Counted from the stretch's first letter, positions 11,117 through 22,227 are shown. The stretch: 64,000 nucleotides of DNA from Longimicrobiales bacterium (GCA_965218295.1 CBDCKN010000013.1:416001-480000), one strand, 5' to 3'. A program made the numbers and translations. Notes: generated by a model from the sequence alone, not told the origin.

Positions 11117-11497
11117 CTACTTCTTCGGCGCCCTCTTCTTACCTGCGATGGCCCGTCGCTGACCCTTGTGGGTCCGGGCGTTCGTGTGGGTGCGCTGTCC
11201 GCGTACCGGCAGGCCACGGCGATGCCTGAGGCCCCGATAGCACCCGATGTCCATGAGCCGCTTGATGTTCATGGAGACTTCGGTTCGGAGGGCACCCTCT
11301 ACCTTGTAGTTGCCTTCGATCTCTCGACGCAGCTGGTTCACGTCGTCGTCGGTGAGGTCGACGGTACGGCGGTCCGGATCGACACCAGTCTTATCGAGAA
11401 TCACCTGCGACCGGGACGCCCCGATGCCGTAGATGTAGGTCAGCGCGACCTCTATCCTCTTGTTCTTCGGAAGATCAACACCCGCGATGCGTGCCAT
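11117..11497 (-). CDS. rpsM: 30S ribosomal protein S13
   Basis: [10 protein letters not shown]...[15 protein letters not shown]. Confidence 0.98.
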   Translation of the reverse strand: MARIAGVDLPKNKRIEVALTYIYGIGASRSQVILDKTGVDPDRRTVDLTDDDVNQLRREIEGNYKVEGALRTEVSMNIKRLMDIGCYRGLRHRRGLPVRGQRTHTNARTHKGQRRAIAGKKRAPKK

Positions 11498-11616
11498 ACC
11501 ACCGTCTCTTCAACTCGTGATCGGAAAGGTGCGCGACTGAGGCGTACTCACGGTACGCCGCAGGGAGCGCGCTCTGAAGCCCGACACCACCCCGCGCCGC
11601 TATGGGCTGCGCGAGG

Positions 11617-11733
11617 CTACCCTTGGCGTTGTTTGTGCTTCGGATTGCGCGAACAAATGATCCTCACCACACCCCGGCGACGGATCACTTTACAGTGCTC
11701 GCAAATCGGTTTTACGCTGCTACGGACCTTCAT
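11617..11733 (-). CDS. rpmJ: 50S ribosomal protein L36
   Basis: Manual translation: [38 protein letters not shown] (38 aa). Confidence 0.97.
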   Translation of the reverse strand: MKVRSSVKPICEHCKVIRRRGVVRIICSRNPKHKQRQG

Positions 11734-11771
11734 TTTTCATGCCTTTACGTGCGTTTCTAGCAGAGCAAATA

Positions 11772-11800
11772 ATGATAATGAAAGGCTCCCTGCCCTTCAA
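11772..11800 (-). promoter_or_regulatory. Putative sigma70 promoter for the rpmJ-alpha operon
   Basis: Minus strand TTGAAG-N17-TATCAT in an AT-rich intergenic region. Confidence 0.55.
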
Positions 11801-11835
11801 GGCGTTTCGGGGGTCTTCGACGTCTCGTGTCCCGC

Positions 11836-12606
11836 TCAGGCCGGCGTCTCCACGTGGGTCGCGGTCAGGATGCGCGGCCCGTTGGCCGTCACGGCTACGG
11901 TATGCTCGAAATGGGCCGACCTGGTGCCGTCCTGAGTCACGACGGTCCAGCGATCCTCGAGTGTCCTGATGTTCTCGGTCCCCAATGCGAGCATGGGCTC
12001 GATGGCGAGGACCATGCCCTCCCAGAGGACGGGGCCCACACCCGGGCGTCCCAGGTTCGAGACTTGAGGCTCTTCGTGGACTTCCCGGCCCACACCGTGG
12101 CCCACGAGATCCCGGATTATATGCAGTCCAGTCCCCTCGACCCGCGCCATGACGGCAGCACCGATGTCACCAACGTGGTTGTCCTTCACGGCTGCCGTGA
12201 TGGCCGCATGGAGAGCCTCTTCCGTCACGGCGAGGAGGTGACGGCCCTGCTCGTCCAGCTCTCCCACCGAGAAGGTCCAGGCCGAGTCGGAGCACCAGCC
12301 GTCCAGCTTCACCCCGACGTCGATAGAGACGATGTCACCCTCCGCCAGCATCCGGTTCGCCTTGGGGATTCCGTGAACCACCTCTTCGTTCAACGAGATG
12401 CAGACGCTCCCAGCGAAGCCGTAGAGCCCCTTGAACGCCGGCTCGGCACCGTCGTAGGAGCGGATGAAGTCGTCGGCGAACACGTCCAGCTCCAGCGTCG
12501 ATACACCGGGAACGATGCGAGGCTGTATCTCGACGAGGAAGTCGGCGATGATGGCCCCTCCGCGGGCGATCACTTCGATCTCTTCGGGGGTCTTGAGGTG
12601 GATCAT
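11836..12606 (-). CDS. map: Type I methionine aminopeptidase
   Basis: NEEVVHGIP, GHGVGREVHEEP, SAHFEHT. Confidence 0.97.
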   Translation of the reverse strand: MIHLKTPEEIEVIARGGAIIADFLVEIQPRIVPGVSTLELDVFADDFIRSYDGAEPAFKGLYGFAGSVCISLNEEVVHGIPKANRMLAEGDIVSIDVGVKLDGWCSDSAWTFSVGELDEQGRHLLAVTEEALHAAITAAVKDNHVGDIGAAVMARVEGTGLHIIRDLVGHGVGREVHEEPQVSNLGRPGVGPVLWEGMVLAIEPMLALGTENIRTLEDRWTVVTQDGTRSAHFEHTVAVTANGPRILTATHVETPA

Positions 12607-13256
12607 CAGGCCAGCCCCAAGGCGGCGACCACGGCCGCGTGCACAGCCTCTACGCTCTGTTCACCGTCCACGCGGTGCACAGGGGCGCCGCTGGCCTCGT
12701 AGTATGCGATGAGGGGCGCGGTCTGACGCTGGTACACGTCCAGACGATTCTGGACAGTTCCGGGGTGATCGTCGGTCCGGTGCTGGAGGACAACGCCATC
12801 GTTGTCGCACACGCCGTCCTCGACGGGCGCGGCCAGAGAGATGTTGTAGACCGCGCCACACTCCGGGCACGACCGGCGGCCGGCAATCCTCTCGACAAGG
12901 GATGCATCCTCCGCCTCGAGCACCACGATGTGATCGATCTTCATGCCCAGCTCACTGAGCATCATGCTGAGACCCGACGACTGAGCGCTGGTCCGGGGGA
13001 AGCCGTCGAAGACGACGCCCGTGCCGGCGGGCAGGGGTGCCAGCTTCTCCTTCACCATGGCTATCATGACGTTGTCCGGGACGAGCGCCCCCGCGTCCAT
13101 GAAGCGCTGCGCCTCCCGGCCAAGGTCGGTTCCCTGGGCACGGGCCTGGCGGAGCAGGTCGCCGGTGACCACCCGCTCCCAACCTTGAGCCTCGGCAAGA
13201 AGAACCCCCTGGGTGCCTTTTCCAACCCCCGGGGGTCCCAAGAGAATGACGTACAT
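12606..13256 (-). CDS. adk: Adenylate kinase
   Basis: GPPGVGKGTQ, DGFPRT, Zn-type lid with CPEC. Confidence 0.97.
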   Translation of the reverse strand: MYVILLGPPGVGKGTQGVLLAEAQGWERVVTGDLLRQARAQGTDLGREAQRFMDAGALVPDNVMIAMVKEKLAPLPAGTGVVFDGFPRTSAQSSGLSMMLSELGMKIDHIVVLEAEDASLVERIAGRRSCPECGAVYNISLAAPVEDGVCDNDGVVLQHRTDDHPGTVQNRLDVYQRQTAPLIAYYEASGAPVHRVDGEQSVEAVHAAVVAALGLA

Positions 13257-13282
13257 GAGCGTCGGTCGTCTCTCTGGCCGCG

Positions 13283-14596
13283 CTACATGTATCGTGAACG
13301 ACCGCGCAACTTCACACGGCCCTTCTTCATGAAGCCGTCGTAGTGGCGGAGGAGCAGGTGCTGCTGCGCCTGCTGGACTGTGTCCAGGCCCACGCCCACT
13401 ACGATCAGGAGGCCGGTTCCACCGAAGAAGAACGTCTGGATATTGAAGATGTCGAAGATCCAGAACGGCACCAGCGCGATCAGCGCCAGATAAATCGACC
13501 CCGGAAGCGTGACTCTCGTGAGCACGCGATCGATGTACTCAGCGGTACGGGCTCCCGGCTTCACACCCGGTACGAAGGCTCCTTGCTTCTTCAGGTTCTC
13601 GGCCAGGTCCACAGGGTTGAAGATGATGGCCGTGTAGAAGTACGTGAAGAAGACGATCAGGAGCCCGTAGGTGATGTAGTAGACCGGCCCGGGCTGGAAG
13701 ATGTCGGCGATGGTGTCGAGGAATCCGCCTGTCTGGCCGGCGAACTGGGCGATGGTGCCCGGCACGACGATGAAGGATTGGGCGAAAATGATGGGCATGA
13801 CGCCGGCCGAGTTGACTCGTAGCGGAACGAAGCTCTTCTGCCCCTCCCGGATACGCCCTCGCCCCACCACCTTCCGTGGTATCTGAACCGGGATCTTCCT
13901 CGCGCCCATGGTCATGGCCACCACGGCCGCGGTGATCGAGATCAGCACCGCGATGAGCATCACGACCGCGAAGATCTTGATCTGCCCGGCGATGAACGAC
14001 TCCCAGGTCCTGGCCACGGCCGCCGGGAAGCTCTCGATGATGGAGAAGAAGATCAGGAGCGACATGCCGTTTCCGATCCCGCGCTCCGTGATCTGCTCAC
14101 CGAGCCACATGACGAAGATGGCGCCCACCGTGAGCGTCACCGTGGTGGTCATGTTGAACAGGAAGCCGGGGTCCCGGACCGCACCCGTGCTGTTGAGGAA
14201 GGCGGCGTAGCTGAACCCCTGGACGGCACTCAGGACAACCGTAGTGTAACGGGTCCACTGCGTCAGCTTCTGCCGTCCGTCCTCGCCCTCCTTCTGCATT
14301 TTCTCCACGGTCGGGAAGACGGCGGCCAGCAGCTGGAACATGATGCTGGCGGAGATATAGGGCATGATGCCCAGGGCAAGGATCGTGGCCCGGCTGAGAC
14401 CGCCACCCACGAACATGTCGTAGATGCCGAGGATCCCGCCCTGGAGGGCGCCGAACTGCTGCCGGAGGATCCCCACGTCCACCCCTGGAACGGTGATGTG
14501 TGCACCGAACCGGAAGACAAGCATGATGAAGAGCGTAAAGAGGATCTTCTCTTTGAGCTCCGGGACCCGGAAAAGATTCGGAATCGGGTTAACCAT
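13283..14596 (-). CDS. secY: Preprotein translocase SecY
   Basis: LGIMPYISASI, GIGNGMSLLIF, GGTGLLIVVGV. Start trimmed to MVNPIPN. Confidence 0.97.
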   Translation of the reverse strand: MVNPIPNLFRVPELKEKILFTLFIMLVFRFGAHITVPGVDVGILRQQFGALQGGILGIYDMFVGGGLSRATILALGIMPYISASIMFQLLAAVFPTVEKMQKEGEDGRQKLTQWTRYTTVVLSAVQGFSYAAFLNSTGAVRDPGFLFNMTTTVTLTVGAIFVMWLGEQITERGIGNGMSLLIFFSIIESFPAAVARTWESFIAGQIKIFAVVMLIAVLISITAAVVAMTMGARKIPVQIPRKVVGRGRIREGQKSFVPLRVNSAGVMPIIFAQSFIVVPGTIAQFAGQTGGFLDTIADIFQPGPVYYITYGLLIVFFTYFYTAIIFNPVDLAENLKKQGAFVPGVKPGARTAEYIDRVLTRVTLPGSIYLALIALVPFWIFDIFNIQTFFFGGTGLLIVVGVGLDTVQQAQQHLLLRHYDGFMKKGRVKLRGRSRYM

Positions 14597-15263
14597 CGGT
14601 CTCCGCTTCGCCTTCAACATCCTCTGCGGCCGGCGCCTCGGCCTGCTCGGCCTCCTCAGCGGCTTCCGCTGCCGGGGCCTCGTCCGTCTCCACCGCGACC
14701 TCCGTGTCGGCCTCCACGGCGGCCTCCGCTGCCGGGGTCTCATCCGTCGCGGCCGCAACCTCCGCGGTCGGCTCTTCGGGGGCGGGCTCGGATGCCTCGG
14801 CCGCTCCATTGCCCCCGCCGCGAGTCAGGACCGTAGCCGAGCCTCCGGCCACTTCGATCTTGCTCACGGCTCCGCCGCTGAACTTGTGAGCCTCCACGGA
14901 GTAGGCCTGGTTCACCTCGCCCATGGCGAGAATCTTGATCAGCCCCTCTGCGGATCGGATCAACCCCGCTTCCTTCAACACCTCCGCGTTGACCGTGGTC
15001 CCCTCGACACGAGCGAGATCCCCCACGTTCACGATCTGGTACACCGTGCGCTTGCGCGGCGTGAACCCCCGCTTCGGGATGCGCCTCTGCAAGGGCATCT
15101 GTCCACCCTCGAATCCCGGACGGATGGAGCCACCACTGCGGGACTTCTGGCCGTTCTCTCCGCGACCGGCGGTCTTCCCTTTCCCGGAGCCGGGGCCTCG
15201 CCCCTTCCGCTTCGAGCGGCGATGAGAGCCGCGAGCGGGACGTAGTTCGTGTAGCTCAGCCAT
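14589..15263 (-). CDS. rplO: 50S ribosomal protein L15 with a long acidic C-terminal tail
   Basis: GRGPGSGKGKTAGRG and GFEGGQMPLQRRIPKRGF. Confidence 0.96.
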   Translation of the reverse strand: MAELHELRPARGSHRRSKRKGRGPGSGKGKTAGRGENGQKSRSGGSIRPGFEGGQMPLQRRIPKRGFTPRKRTVYQIVNVGDLARVEGTTVNAEVLKEAGLIRSAEGLIKILAMGEVNQAYSVEAHKFSGGAVSKIEVAGGSATVLTRGGGNGAAEASEPAPEEPTAEVAAATDETPAAEAAVEADTEVAVETDEAPAAEAAEEAEQAEAPAAEDVEGEAETDG

Positions 15264-15265
15264 TC

Positions 15266-15448
15266 TCAGATCTCTTCCACCTTTACCAGGTGCCAAACCT
15301 GCTTCAGCATCCCGCGGATGGCGGGTGTGTCGTCATGCACCACCGTCTGCTGGTGCTTCTTGAACCCCAGGGCCTCCAGGGTGCGCCGGTGTTTGAATTT
15401 CCGCCCGACCCCACTCCGGACCTGGACGATGGACAGCTTCTTAGCCAC
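15266..15448 (-). CDS. rpmD: 50S ribosomal protein L30
   Basis: [12 protein letters not shown], spc operon position. Confidence 0.95.
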   Translation of the reverse strand: MAKKLSIVQVRSGVGRKFKHRRTLEALGFKKHQQTVVHDDTPAIRGMLKQVWHLVKVEEI

Positions 15449-15971
15449 GATCGCCTCCCAGGATGACCTCCACAGGAACGCCGCGCTCTTGTGCCGCTTG
15501 CTCGGGCGTGACCAGGTTCGTGAGTCCCTCCATGGTGGCTCTCACCACGTTGATCGGGTTGTTGCTCCCGAGGCTCTTGGTCAGGATGTCCTTGATGCCC
15601 ACGGCTTCCAGGACGTAGCGGACCGGCCCACCGGCGATCACGCCCGTTCCGGGCGCCGCAGGACGCAACATGACGCGCCCGGCACCCCAGCGACCGATGA
15701 TCTCGTGGGGGATGGTCCCGTTCCGAACGGGGATCTCAACCATCTCCTTCTTGCCGCGCTCGAAGGCCTTGCGGATGGCTTCGGCCACCTCGTTGGCCTT
15801 GGCCAGCCCGATGCCCACACGACCCTTCTGGTCACCGACGGACACGAGCGCGGTGAAGGAGAACCGGCGGCCACCCTTCACGACCTTGGCCACGCGGTTG
15901 ATGTAGATCACGTTTTCACTGAACTCGGACTCGCGCCCGCGACTCTCTCTACGTCTCTGGTCCCTGGCCAT
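15441..15971 (-). CDS. rpsE: 30S ribosomal protein S5
   Basis: [16 protein letters not shown]. Confidence 0.98.
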   Translation of the reverse strand: MARDQRRRESRGRESEFSENVIYINRVAKVVKGGRRFSFTALVSVGDQKGRVGIGLAKANEVAEAIRKAFERGKKEMVEIPVRNGTIPHEIIGRWGAGRVMLRPAAPGTGVIAGGPVRYVLEAVGIKDILTKSLGSNNPINVVRATMEGLTNLVTPEQAAQERGVPVEVILGGDRG

Positions 15972-16351
15972 CAGAACTGCAGCCCTCCCTCCCGGGCGCC
16001 CTCGGCGAAAGCCTTAACCCGGCCATGATACTGGTATCCCCCACGATCGAACACTACAGACTCCACTCCCTTGGCCACCGCCCGCTCCCCGAGGAGCTTC
16101 CCGGCCGCCCTTGCGTGCTCGACCCTGGGGTTCGAGCTCTCGGCCTTGAAGCCGGCGAGATCGGGACTGAGCGTGGACAGACCCATCAGCGTCTTGCCGG
16201 CGTCGTCGTCTACGACCTGCCCCTCGAAGTTCTTCAGGGAACGGAACACTACGAGCCTCGGACGCTCCGCCGTGCCCCAGATCTTCTTGCGGATCCGGGC
16301 GTGCCGTCGGGCTCGCTGCGTACCTCGAGTCTTGGAGGCTTTTGTGCTCAT
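15971..16351 (-). CDS. rplR: 50S ribosomal protein L18
   Basis: [26 protein letters not shown]. Confidence 0.98.
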   Translation of the reverse strand: MSTKASKTRGTQRARRHARIRKKIWGTAERPRLVVFRSLKNFEGQVVDDDAGKTLMGLSTLSPDLAGFKAESSNPRVEHARAAGKLLGERAVAKGVESVVFDRGGYQYHGRVKAFAEGAREGGLQF

Positions 16352-16365
16352 GATCTCGTTCGCTC

Positions 16366-16908
16366 TTAGACGGCGGCGGCCGTCTTACCGGCCTTGCGGC
16401 GGACGTGCTCGCCCTGGTAGCGGATACCCTTCCCCTTGTACGGCTCCGGGGGACGGAAACCGCGAATCTCGGCGGCCGCTTGGCCCACCTTCTGCTTGTC
16501 GACCCCCGCTACCACGATGGTGGTCGGGTTCGGTACGTCGAGATCCACGCCGTCGGGCGCCGGATAGTCGATAGTGTGCGAGAACCCGAGGGTCAGGACG
16601 ATGCCCGATCCCTTCTTCTGCGCCTTGTATCCTATCCCCTGGATCTCGAGGATCTTGCTGAACCCGTTGACCACGCCTTCGATCATGTTGGCGATGAGGG
16701 TGCGTGTCAGGCCGTGCAGCGCCCGGTGCCGCGGTTGATCCGAAGGACGTGTCACCCTGAGCACCCCGTCATCTAGCGTGACCGTGATATCGGCGTGAAC
16801 GTCGAAGGTGAGCTGCCCCTTTCCACCCTTCACCTCGACGTTCTGCCCGCTCAGAGTCACGTCGACACCTTGCGGCGCTTCGATAGGCATTTTACCAATC
16901 CGCGACAT
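16366..16908 (-). CDS. rplF: 50S ribosomal protein L6
   Basis: MSRIGK...[13 protein letters not shown]. Confidence 0.98.
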   Translation of the reverse strand: MSRIGKMPIEAPQGVDVTLSGQNVEVKGGKGQLTFDVHADITVTLDDGVLRVTRPSDQPRHRALHGLTRTLIANMIEGVVNGFSKILEIQGIGYKAQKKGSGIVLTLGFSHTIDYPAPDGVDLDVPNPTTIVVAGVDKQKVGQAAAEIRGFRPPEPYKGKGIRYQGEHVRRKAGKTAAAV

Positions 16909-16922
16909 TGATCTCTATCCCC

Positions 16923-17315
16923 TCACCAGACCAGAGCGATGAGCTCGCCACCCACGCCCTGCTTACGAGCCACCCGGTCCGACATCAGTCCCTGGGAAGT
17001 GGAGAGGATGGCCATCCCCAGCCCGTTCCGGACCCGAGGAATGTCATCGACGGCCACGTAACGACGGCGACCCGGGCGTGACACCCGTTCCAGGTGCCGG
17101 ATGATGGGGCCCTCTTCGTGGTACTTGAGGTACACGCGGAGAATCCCGAACTTGCCGTCGTCCAAGACCTTGTAGTCGTAGATGAAGTGGTTGTCCTTCA
17201 GGAGGCGGGCCACCTCGGTCTTCAGCTTGGAGACCGGCATGTCCGCCCACTTGTGCCCCGCGGTTCCGGCGTTCCGGATGCGTGTGAGCATGTCCGCAAT
17301 GGGATCCGTCATCAT
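16923..17315 (-). CDS. rpsH: 30S ribosomal protein S8
   Basis: TDPIADMLTRIRNA. Confidence 0.98.
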   Translation of the reverse strand: MMTDPIADMLTRIRNAGTAGHKWADMPVSKLKTEVARLLKDNHFIYDYKVLDDGKFGILRVYLKYHEEGPIIRHLERVSRPGRRRYVAVDDIPRVRNGLGMAILSTSQGLMSDRVARKQGVGGELIALVW

Positions 17316-17330
17316 AGCCGTTTCGATCCT

Positions 17331-17516
17331 TTACCAGCTTGATTTCCGGACGCCCGGGATCTCGCCCATGAGGGCCTTCTGACGGAAACAGATCCGGCAG
17401 ATTCCGAACTTCCGAATATACGCACGAGGGCGCCCGCAGCGCTGACAGCGATTCCGATGTCGCCCCGGATACTTGGGTTTGCGGTTGTTCTTCTCGATCA
17501 ACGCCTTCCTGGCCAT
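17331..17516 (-). CDS. rpsN: 30S ribosomal protein S14 (short, Zn-binding type Z)
   Basis: [23 protein letters not shown]. Confidence 0.97.
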   Translation of the reverse strand: MARKALIEKNNRKPKYPGRHRNRCQRCGRPRAYIRKFGICRICFRQKALMGEIPGVRKSSW

Positions 17517-17542
17517 TGAACTCCCCTGTCTGTCTGTCCGTG

Positions 17543-18118
17543 TTAGTTCGCGTGCTGCCCGATTATGACAGGAACCGCCCCTTGGAAGGGGAAGCCCATC
17601 TCGCGAAGCAGCGCAAGCGCCTCGTCGTCCTTATCCGTTGTCGTGACGACGGTAATGTTCATTCCGTGAATCTGACTGACCTTGTCATAGTCGATCTCCG
17701 GAAAAATGATCTGCTCCCGGACACCCATGGTGAAGTTCCCCCGGCCGTCGAAGGCCCGCGTCCGCAGCCCGCGGAAGTCCCTCACACGCGGTATGACGAT
17801 GCTCACAAGCCGATCCAGGAATTCGTACATCCGGCTCCGCCGTAGCGTGACCGACGCTCCGATGGGCATGCCCTCGCGGAGCTGGAAGTTCGAGATCGAC
17901 TTCCGGGCCCGGGTGATGACCGCCTTCTGGCCGGTGATCACGCCCAGCTCGTCTACCACGGACGTCAGGAGCTTGGCGTTCTTTGACGCCTCGCCCACCC
18001 CCACGTTCAGCACCACCTTCACGATCTTGGGAATCCGGTGGGGGTTCTCCCACTGGAACTGCTCCGCCAGCCGTGGGCGGGCGTGCGCCTTATAGTGCTT
18101 CAGTAGTCTCGGTTCCAT
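17543..18118 (-). CDS. rplE: 50S ribosomal protein L5
   Basis: [19 protein letters not shown]. Confidence 0.98.
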   Translation of the reverse strand: MEPRLLKHYKAHARPRLAEQFQWENPHRIPKIVKVVLNVGVGEASKNAKLLTSVVDELGVITGQKAVITRARKSISNFQLREGMPIGASVTLRRSRMYEFLDRLVSIVIPRVRDFRGLRTRAFDGRGNFTMGVREQIIFPEIDYDKVSQIHGMNITVVTTTDKDDEALALLREMGFPFQGAVPVIIGQHAN

Positions 18119-18184
18119 CTCTCTCTCTCAGTCCTTAAGTCGCGCCGCAGTATACGTCGATCCGACGCGAGTCGACGGCTCCCG

Positions 18185-18523
18185 CTACGGCTTGGGGATC
18201 GGATTGCCGGTCTTCAGGGCGATCCTCTCTTTGGTTCCATCGGCCTCGATCCGCATGCGGACCCGGCTCGCCTTATCCGAGGCCGGATCCACCAACATCA
18301 CGTTGGAAATGTGGATCGGTGCCTCGAAGGTCATGATCCCACCTTCTGGATTCGCCTCCGACGGACGCTCGTGGCGCTTGCGCATGTTCACACCCTCCAC
18401 CACGACACGCCCCGCGTCCCGGAGCACGCGGAGGACGGTGCCCTCCATGTCCCGGAAGTTGCCTCGGATCACCCTGACCCGGTCACCCTTCACGATCGTG
18501 TATCTCGACGCTTTGGTGGCCAT
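18185..18523 (-). CDS. rplX: 50S ribosomal protein L24
   Basis: KGDRVRVIRG, EAPIHISNV. Confidence 0.97.
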   Translation of the reverse strand: MATKASRYTIVKGDRVRVIRGNFRDMEGTVLRVLRDAGRVVVEGVNMRKRHERPSEANPEGGIMTFEAPIHISNVMLVDPASDKASRVRMRIEADGTKERIALKTGNPIPKP

Positions 18524-18891
18524 TACAGCACCTCCGGGGCCAGCGAAACGATTTTCATGTAGCGCCTCTCGCGCAACTCACGTCCGACGGGACCGAAGAT
18601 GCGGGTTCCTCGGGGCTCGCCCTGGGGGGTGATGAGCACCGCCGCATTGTCGTCGAAGCGGATGTAGGTGCCGTCCTTGCGCCGCACTTCCTTGGCCGTG
18701 CGTACGACGACGGCCCGCACCACCTCCCCCTTCTTCACGGGAGAGTTGGGGATCGCGTCCTTGATCGTCGCGACGATGACGTCACCGACGCTGGCGTAGC
18801 GCCGCCGTGATCCACCCAGGACCCGAATACACAGGGCGCTCTTGGCCCCCGAGTTGTCGGCAATCTTGAGGATCGATTCCTGCTGAATCAT
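18523..18891 (-). CDS. rplN: 50S ribosomal protein L14
   Basis: ADNSGAK...[10 protein letters not shown]. Confidence 0.98.
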   Translation of the reverse strand: MIQQESILKIADNSGAKSALCIRVLGGSRRRYASVGDVIVATIKDAIPNSPVKKGEVVRAVVVRTAKEVRRKDGTYIRFDDNAAVLITPQGEPRGTRIFGPVGRELRERRYMKIVSLAPEVL

Positions 18892-18944
18892 CTCTGTGTC
18901 CTAAATCGTGTCGCCTTGTTGGTCGAATGACCGATTCTCGATGG

Positions 18945-19295
18945 TCATCCTTGTTCGGAGCGCTCGAGCAGCTCTATAACACGCCACCGCTTGGTCTTCG
19001 AAAAGGGTCGGGTCTCGGCGATCCTGACCACGTCTCCTTCCTTGTACTGATTCTCTTGGTCGTGAGCGTGGTATTTCTTGGTCTTCTTGACCTGCTTCCC
19101 GTAGAGGGGATGGGCGAACTGCCGCTCCACACGCACTGTCACAGTCTTGTCACCCTTGTCGCTGGTCACCACCCCGGTCCGGACCTTCCTCCGGTCCCGA
19201 GCGTCGCTGTCCTGGGGTGCCACGGGCTGCTCGACCTGCTCGGCTTGCTCGACCTGCTCGGCCTGCTCGGCCTGCTCCGATGTGTTCTCTGTCAT
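18945..19295 (-). CDS. rpsQ: 30S ribosomal protein S17 with N-terminal EQA/EQV repeat
   Basis: [28 protein letters not shown]. Confidence 0.97.
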   Translation of the reverse strand: MTENTSEQAEQAEQVEQAEQVEQPVAPQDSDARDRRKVRTGVVTSDKGDKTVTVRVERQFAHPLYGKQVKKTKKYHAHDQENQYKEGDVVRIAETRPFSKTKRWRVIELLERSEQG

Positions 19296-19298
19296 GGG

Positions 19299-19535
19299 TT
19301 ACTCGGTCGACTCGTCGGATTGCCCGGTTGGCTCCTCGGATTCCCCGGCCATATCACGCTCCCGGAGAATCGTATGCAGGCGCGCAATGTCGCGCCGGAT
19401 GTGTTGCAGCATCTTGGGATTCTCGAGCTCCATCGTCCCGGTCCGAAAGCGGAGGCGAAACTGCTCCTCCTTCAGCTCCCCGAGCCGGGCGAGAACCTCG
19501 ACGTTGTCCCACTCGCGTATCTCTTCAGCCTTCAT
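19299..19535 (-). CDS. rpmC: 50S ribosomal protein L29
   Basis: IRRDIARLHTILRER, S10 operon position. Confidence 0.96.
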   Translation of the reverse strand: MKAEEIREWDNVEVLARLGELKEEQFRLRFRTGTMELENPKMLQHIRRDIARLHTILRERDMAGESEEPTGQSDESTE

Positions 19536-19564
19536 CGTCTCTTCTAGTTAGCGGTTGCAGACCA

Positions 19565-19981
19565 CTAGAGCTGGTGCTTTCGAACGACGAAGCGCGTCGC
19601 GACAGGGAGCTTCGCGGCGGCCAGCTTCATGGCCCGCTTGGCGACCTCCTCCGTAACACCCTCCAGCTCGAACATCATGCGGCCCGGCTTCACCACGGCC
19701 ACCCAACCCTCAGGGTTACCCTTCCCCTTCCCCATACGGGTCTCGGCGGGCTTGGCCGTGATGGGCTTGTCCGGGAAAATCCGGATCCAGACCTTCCCAC
19801 CACGCTTGATGTGGCGGGTCATGGCGACACGAGCGGCCTCGATCTGGCGGTTGGAGATCCAGCCGCACTCCGTCGTCTGGAGGCCGAACTGGCCGAACGA
19901 GACCTTGTTGCCGCGATACGACTTGCCGCGCATCCGGCCCTTATGTTTCTTGCGGTGTTTTACACGCTTGGGCGAAAGCAT
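19565..19981 (-). CDS. rplP: 50S ribosomal protein L16
   Basis: [25 protein letters not shown]. Confidence 0.98.
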   Translation of the reverse strand: MLSPKRVKHRKKHKGRMRGKSYRGNKVSFGQFGLQTTECGWISNRQIEAARVAMTRHIKRGGKVWIRIFPDKPITAKPAETRMGKGKGNPEGWVAVVKPGRMMFELEGVTEEVAKRAMKLAAAKLPVATRFVVRKHQL

Positions 19982-19997
19982 CGTCTATTCCTCTCGG

Positions 19998-20657
19998 TCA
20001 GGCGCCGGTGGAGTACGTGCGGCCACGGCGCTCTTCGACCACCTCGCCCCGGAAGATCCAGCACTTCACACCGACCGTTCCATAGGTCGTTATGGCCGGA
20101 ACCTGGGCGTAGTCGATGTCGGCCCGGAGCGTGTGGAGCGGCACGCGTCCCTCGTTGTACCCCTCCGTGCGCGCGATCTCGGCGCCGCCCAGCCGACCTG
20201 CACACTGAATCTTGATCCCCTCGGCGCCGCCCCTCATGGCGGACTGAACGGCACGCTTCATAGCGCGACGGAACGAGATCCTCTGCCGGAGCTGGTGGGC
20301 CACGTTCTCGGCCACGAGCCGGGCGTCGACCTCGGGCCGACGGATCTCCTCGACGTTCACAGATATCTCTGCGTTGGTCAGAACCGCCAGCTCGTCTCGC
20401 AGCTTGTCGACCTCAGCTCCACGCTTTCCGATCACCACGCCGGGGCGCGCCGTGAAGATCGTGACGACGATCTTCGAAGGCTTCCGCTCGATCTCCACCT
20501 TGGAGAGGGCAGCGTGCGCGAGGCGCCGATGGAGGTACGACCGGATGGTCTCGTCCTCCTTGAGGAGGCGAGGGAAGTCACGGTCGGCGTACCAACGGGA
20601 CTTCCAATCCTTGACAATCCCGAGACGGAACCCCAAAGGGTGAGTCTTCTGTCCCAT
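19998..20657 (-). CDS. rpsC: 30S ribosomal protein S3
   Basis: [27 protein letters not shown]. Confidence 0.98.
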   Translation of the reverse strand: MGQKTHPLGFRLGIVKDWKSRWYADRDFPRLLKEDETIRSYLHRRLAHAALSKVEIERKPSKIVVTIFTARPGVVIGKRGAEVDKLRDELAVLTNAEISVNVEEIRRPEVDARLVAENVAHQLRQRISFRRAMKRAVQSAMRGGAEGIKIQCAGRLGGAEIARTEGYNEGRVPLHTLRADIDYAQVPAITTYGTVGVKCWIFRGEVVEERRGRTYSTGA

Positions 20658-20659
20658 TC

Positions 20660-21046
20660 TTATTCCTTGGTATCCACTTCCTTGGTATCCACTTCCTTGG
20701 TATCCACGACTACGGTGATGTGGCTAGTCCGCTTATTGATGCGGCCGGCGCGACCCATGGCCCGGGCCCTCCAACGCTTGAGGGTCGGGCCTTCGTCGAC
20801 GTACGCCGTCGCGACCTTCAGCTCGTCCACGTCCAGAACATCGCCCAGGTCCTGGGCCTTGTTCTGAGCGTTCGCCACGGCGGAGCGCAGGGTCTTCCCC
20901 ACGGGGTCCGCGGCGGCCTTCTTCGAGAACTGAAGGATCGCATACGCGTCATTGACCGACTTCCCGCGGATCTGGTCCACAACCAGACGGACCTTTCGTG
21001 GGCTCATACGCACGTGACGAGCAATCGCCTTGGCTTGCATCTCCAT
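20660..21046 (-). CDS. rplV: 50S ribosomal protein L22
   Basis: [32 protein letters not shown]. Confidence 0.98.
   Translation of the reverse strand: MEMQAKAIARHVRMSPRKVRLVVDQIRGKSVNDAYAILQFSKKAAADPVGKTLRSAVANAQNKAQDLGDVLDVDELKVATAYVDEGPTLKRWRARAMGRAGRINKRTSHITVVVDTKEVDTKEVDTKE
20663..20707. repeat. Perfect 3 x 15-bp tandem repeat (ttccttggtatccac) at the rplV 3' end
   Basis: Read directly from the sequence; encodes VDTKE three times. Confidence 0.95.
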
Positions 21047-21053
21047 CGCTCGC

Positions 21054-21341
21054 TTACCTCACCTTGGACCGCTTGTCGGCGAGCTTGCCGCCGTGACCCC
21101 TGAAGAGCCGCGTGGGAGAGAACTCGCCGAGCTTGTGGCCCACCATGTTTTCCATGATGTACACGGGGATGAACTTGTTGCCGTTGTGCACGGCGATCGT
21201 GTGTCCCACGAAGTCCGGAGAGACCGTGGACGCCCGTGCCCAGGTCTTGATGACCCTCTTCTCACCACGGGAGTTCATGATCTCGACCTTCGCGAGAAGC
21301 TTGTCGTCGATGTATGGACCCTTCTTGACGCTGCGCGGCAT
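21054..21341 (-). CDS. rpsS: 30S ribosomal protein S19
   Basis: [13 protein letters not shown]. Confidence 0.98.
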   Translation of the reverse strand: MPRSVKKGPYIDDKLLAKVEIMNSRGEKRVIKTWARASTVSPDFVGHTIAVHNGNKFIPVYIMENMVGHKLGEFSPTRLFRGHGGKLADKRSKVR

Positions 21342-21379
21342 ATGACCGACCTCTGCTCAACCGTTGCGGACTAGGGGCA

Positions 21380-22222
21380 TCACTGCGTGGCCTTGCCCCG
21401 CTTGCGCCCGCGAATGATGTATTTGTTCGACTGCTTCTTCTTCTTTCGGGTCTTGGTCCCTTCGCGCTTGCCCCAGGGCGTCACCGGAGGACGGCCACCC
21501 GAGGCCCTCCCCTCTCCGCCGCCCAGCGGGTGGTCGACGGGATTCATCGCTACACCGCGGACCTTGGGCCGCCGACCACGCCAACGATTGGCGCCGGCCT
21601 TTCCGATGGTCTGGAGGTTGTGCTCGATGTTCCCCACCTGGCCGATGGTGGCCATGCAGGTCTTGAGCACCTGCCGGACCTCCGTGGAGGGCAGCCGCAG
21701 AGCGACGTACTTCCCTTCCTTGGCGACGATCTGCACGCCGGCTCCTGCGGAGCGGGCCATCTGGCCTCCCTTGCCCGGCTTGAGCTCGATGTTGTGAACC
21801 ACGGTGCCCAGCGGGATCTTCCCCAGAGGTAGCGCGTTACCGACCCGGATATCCGCCTTGGGTCCCGACATGATCGTGGTGCCCACCTGCAGGCCCCGCG
21901 GGTGCAGGATGTAGCGCTTGTCACCGTCCACGTAGTGGACCAACGCGATGTTCGAGCTCCGGTTCGGATCATACTCGATAGCAGCGACCTTCCCGGCGAT
22001 CCCGATCTTGTTGCGTCGGAAGTCGATCCGGCGATAGCGGCGCTTGTGCCCACCGCCCCGCCGCCGCGAGGTGATCCTCCCGTGGTGGTTCCGCCCACCC
22101 GACTTCTTCAGCGGCTCCAGAAGCGACTTCTCCGGCGCCTTCTTCGTCAGAATGTCGGAATTGTCGATAATGGAGCGAAAACGGGTCCCCGGGGTCACCG
22201 GCTTGAATTTCTTGATAGCCAT
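21380..22222 (-). CDS. rplB: 50S ribosomal protein L2
   Basis: [25 protein letters not shown]. Confidence 0.98.
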   Translation of the reverse strand: MAIKKFKPVTPGTRFRSIIDNSDILTKKAPEKSLLEPLKKSGGRNHHGRITSRRRGGGHKRRYRRIDFRRNKIGIAGKVAAIEYDPNRSSNIALVHYVDGDKRYILHPRGLQVGTTIMSGPKADIRVGNALPLGKIPLGTVVHNIELKPGKGGQMARSAGAGVQIVAKEGKYVALRLPSTEVRQVLKTCMATIGQVGNIEHNLQTIGKAGANRWRGRRPKVRGVAMNPVDHPLGGGEGRASGGRPPVTPWGKREGTKTRKKKKQSNKYIIRGRKRGKATQ

Positions 22223-22227
22223 CGGCG

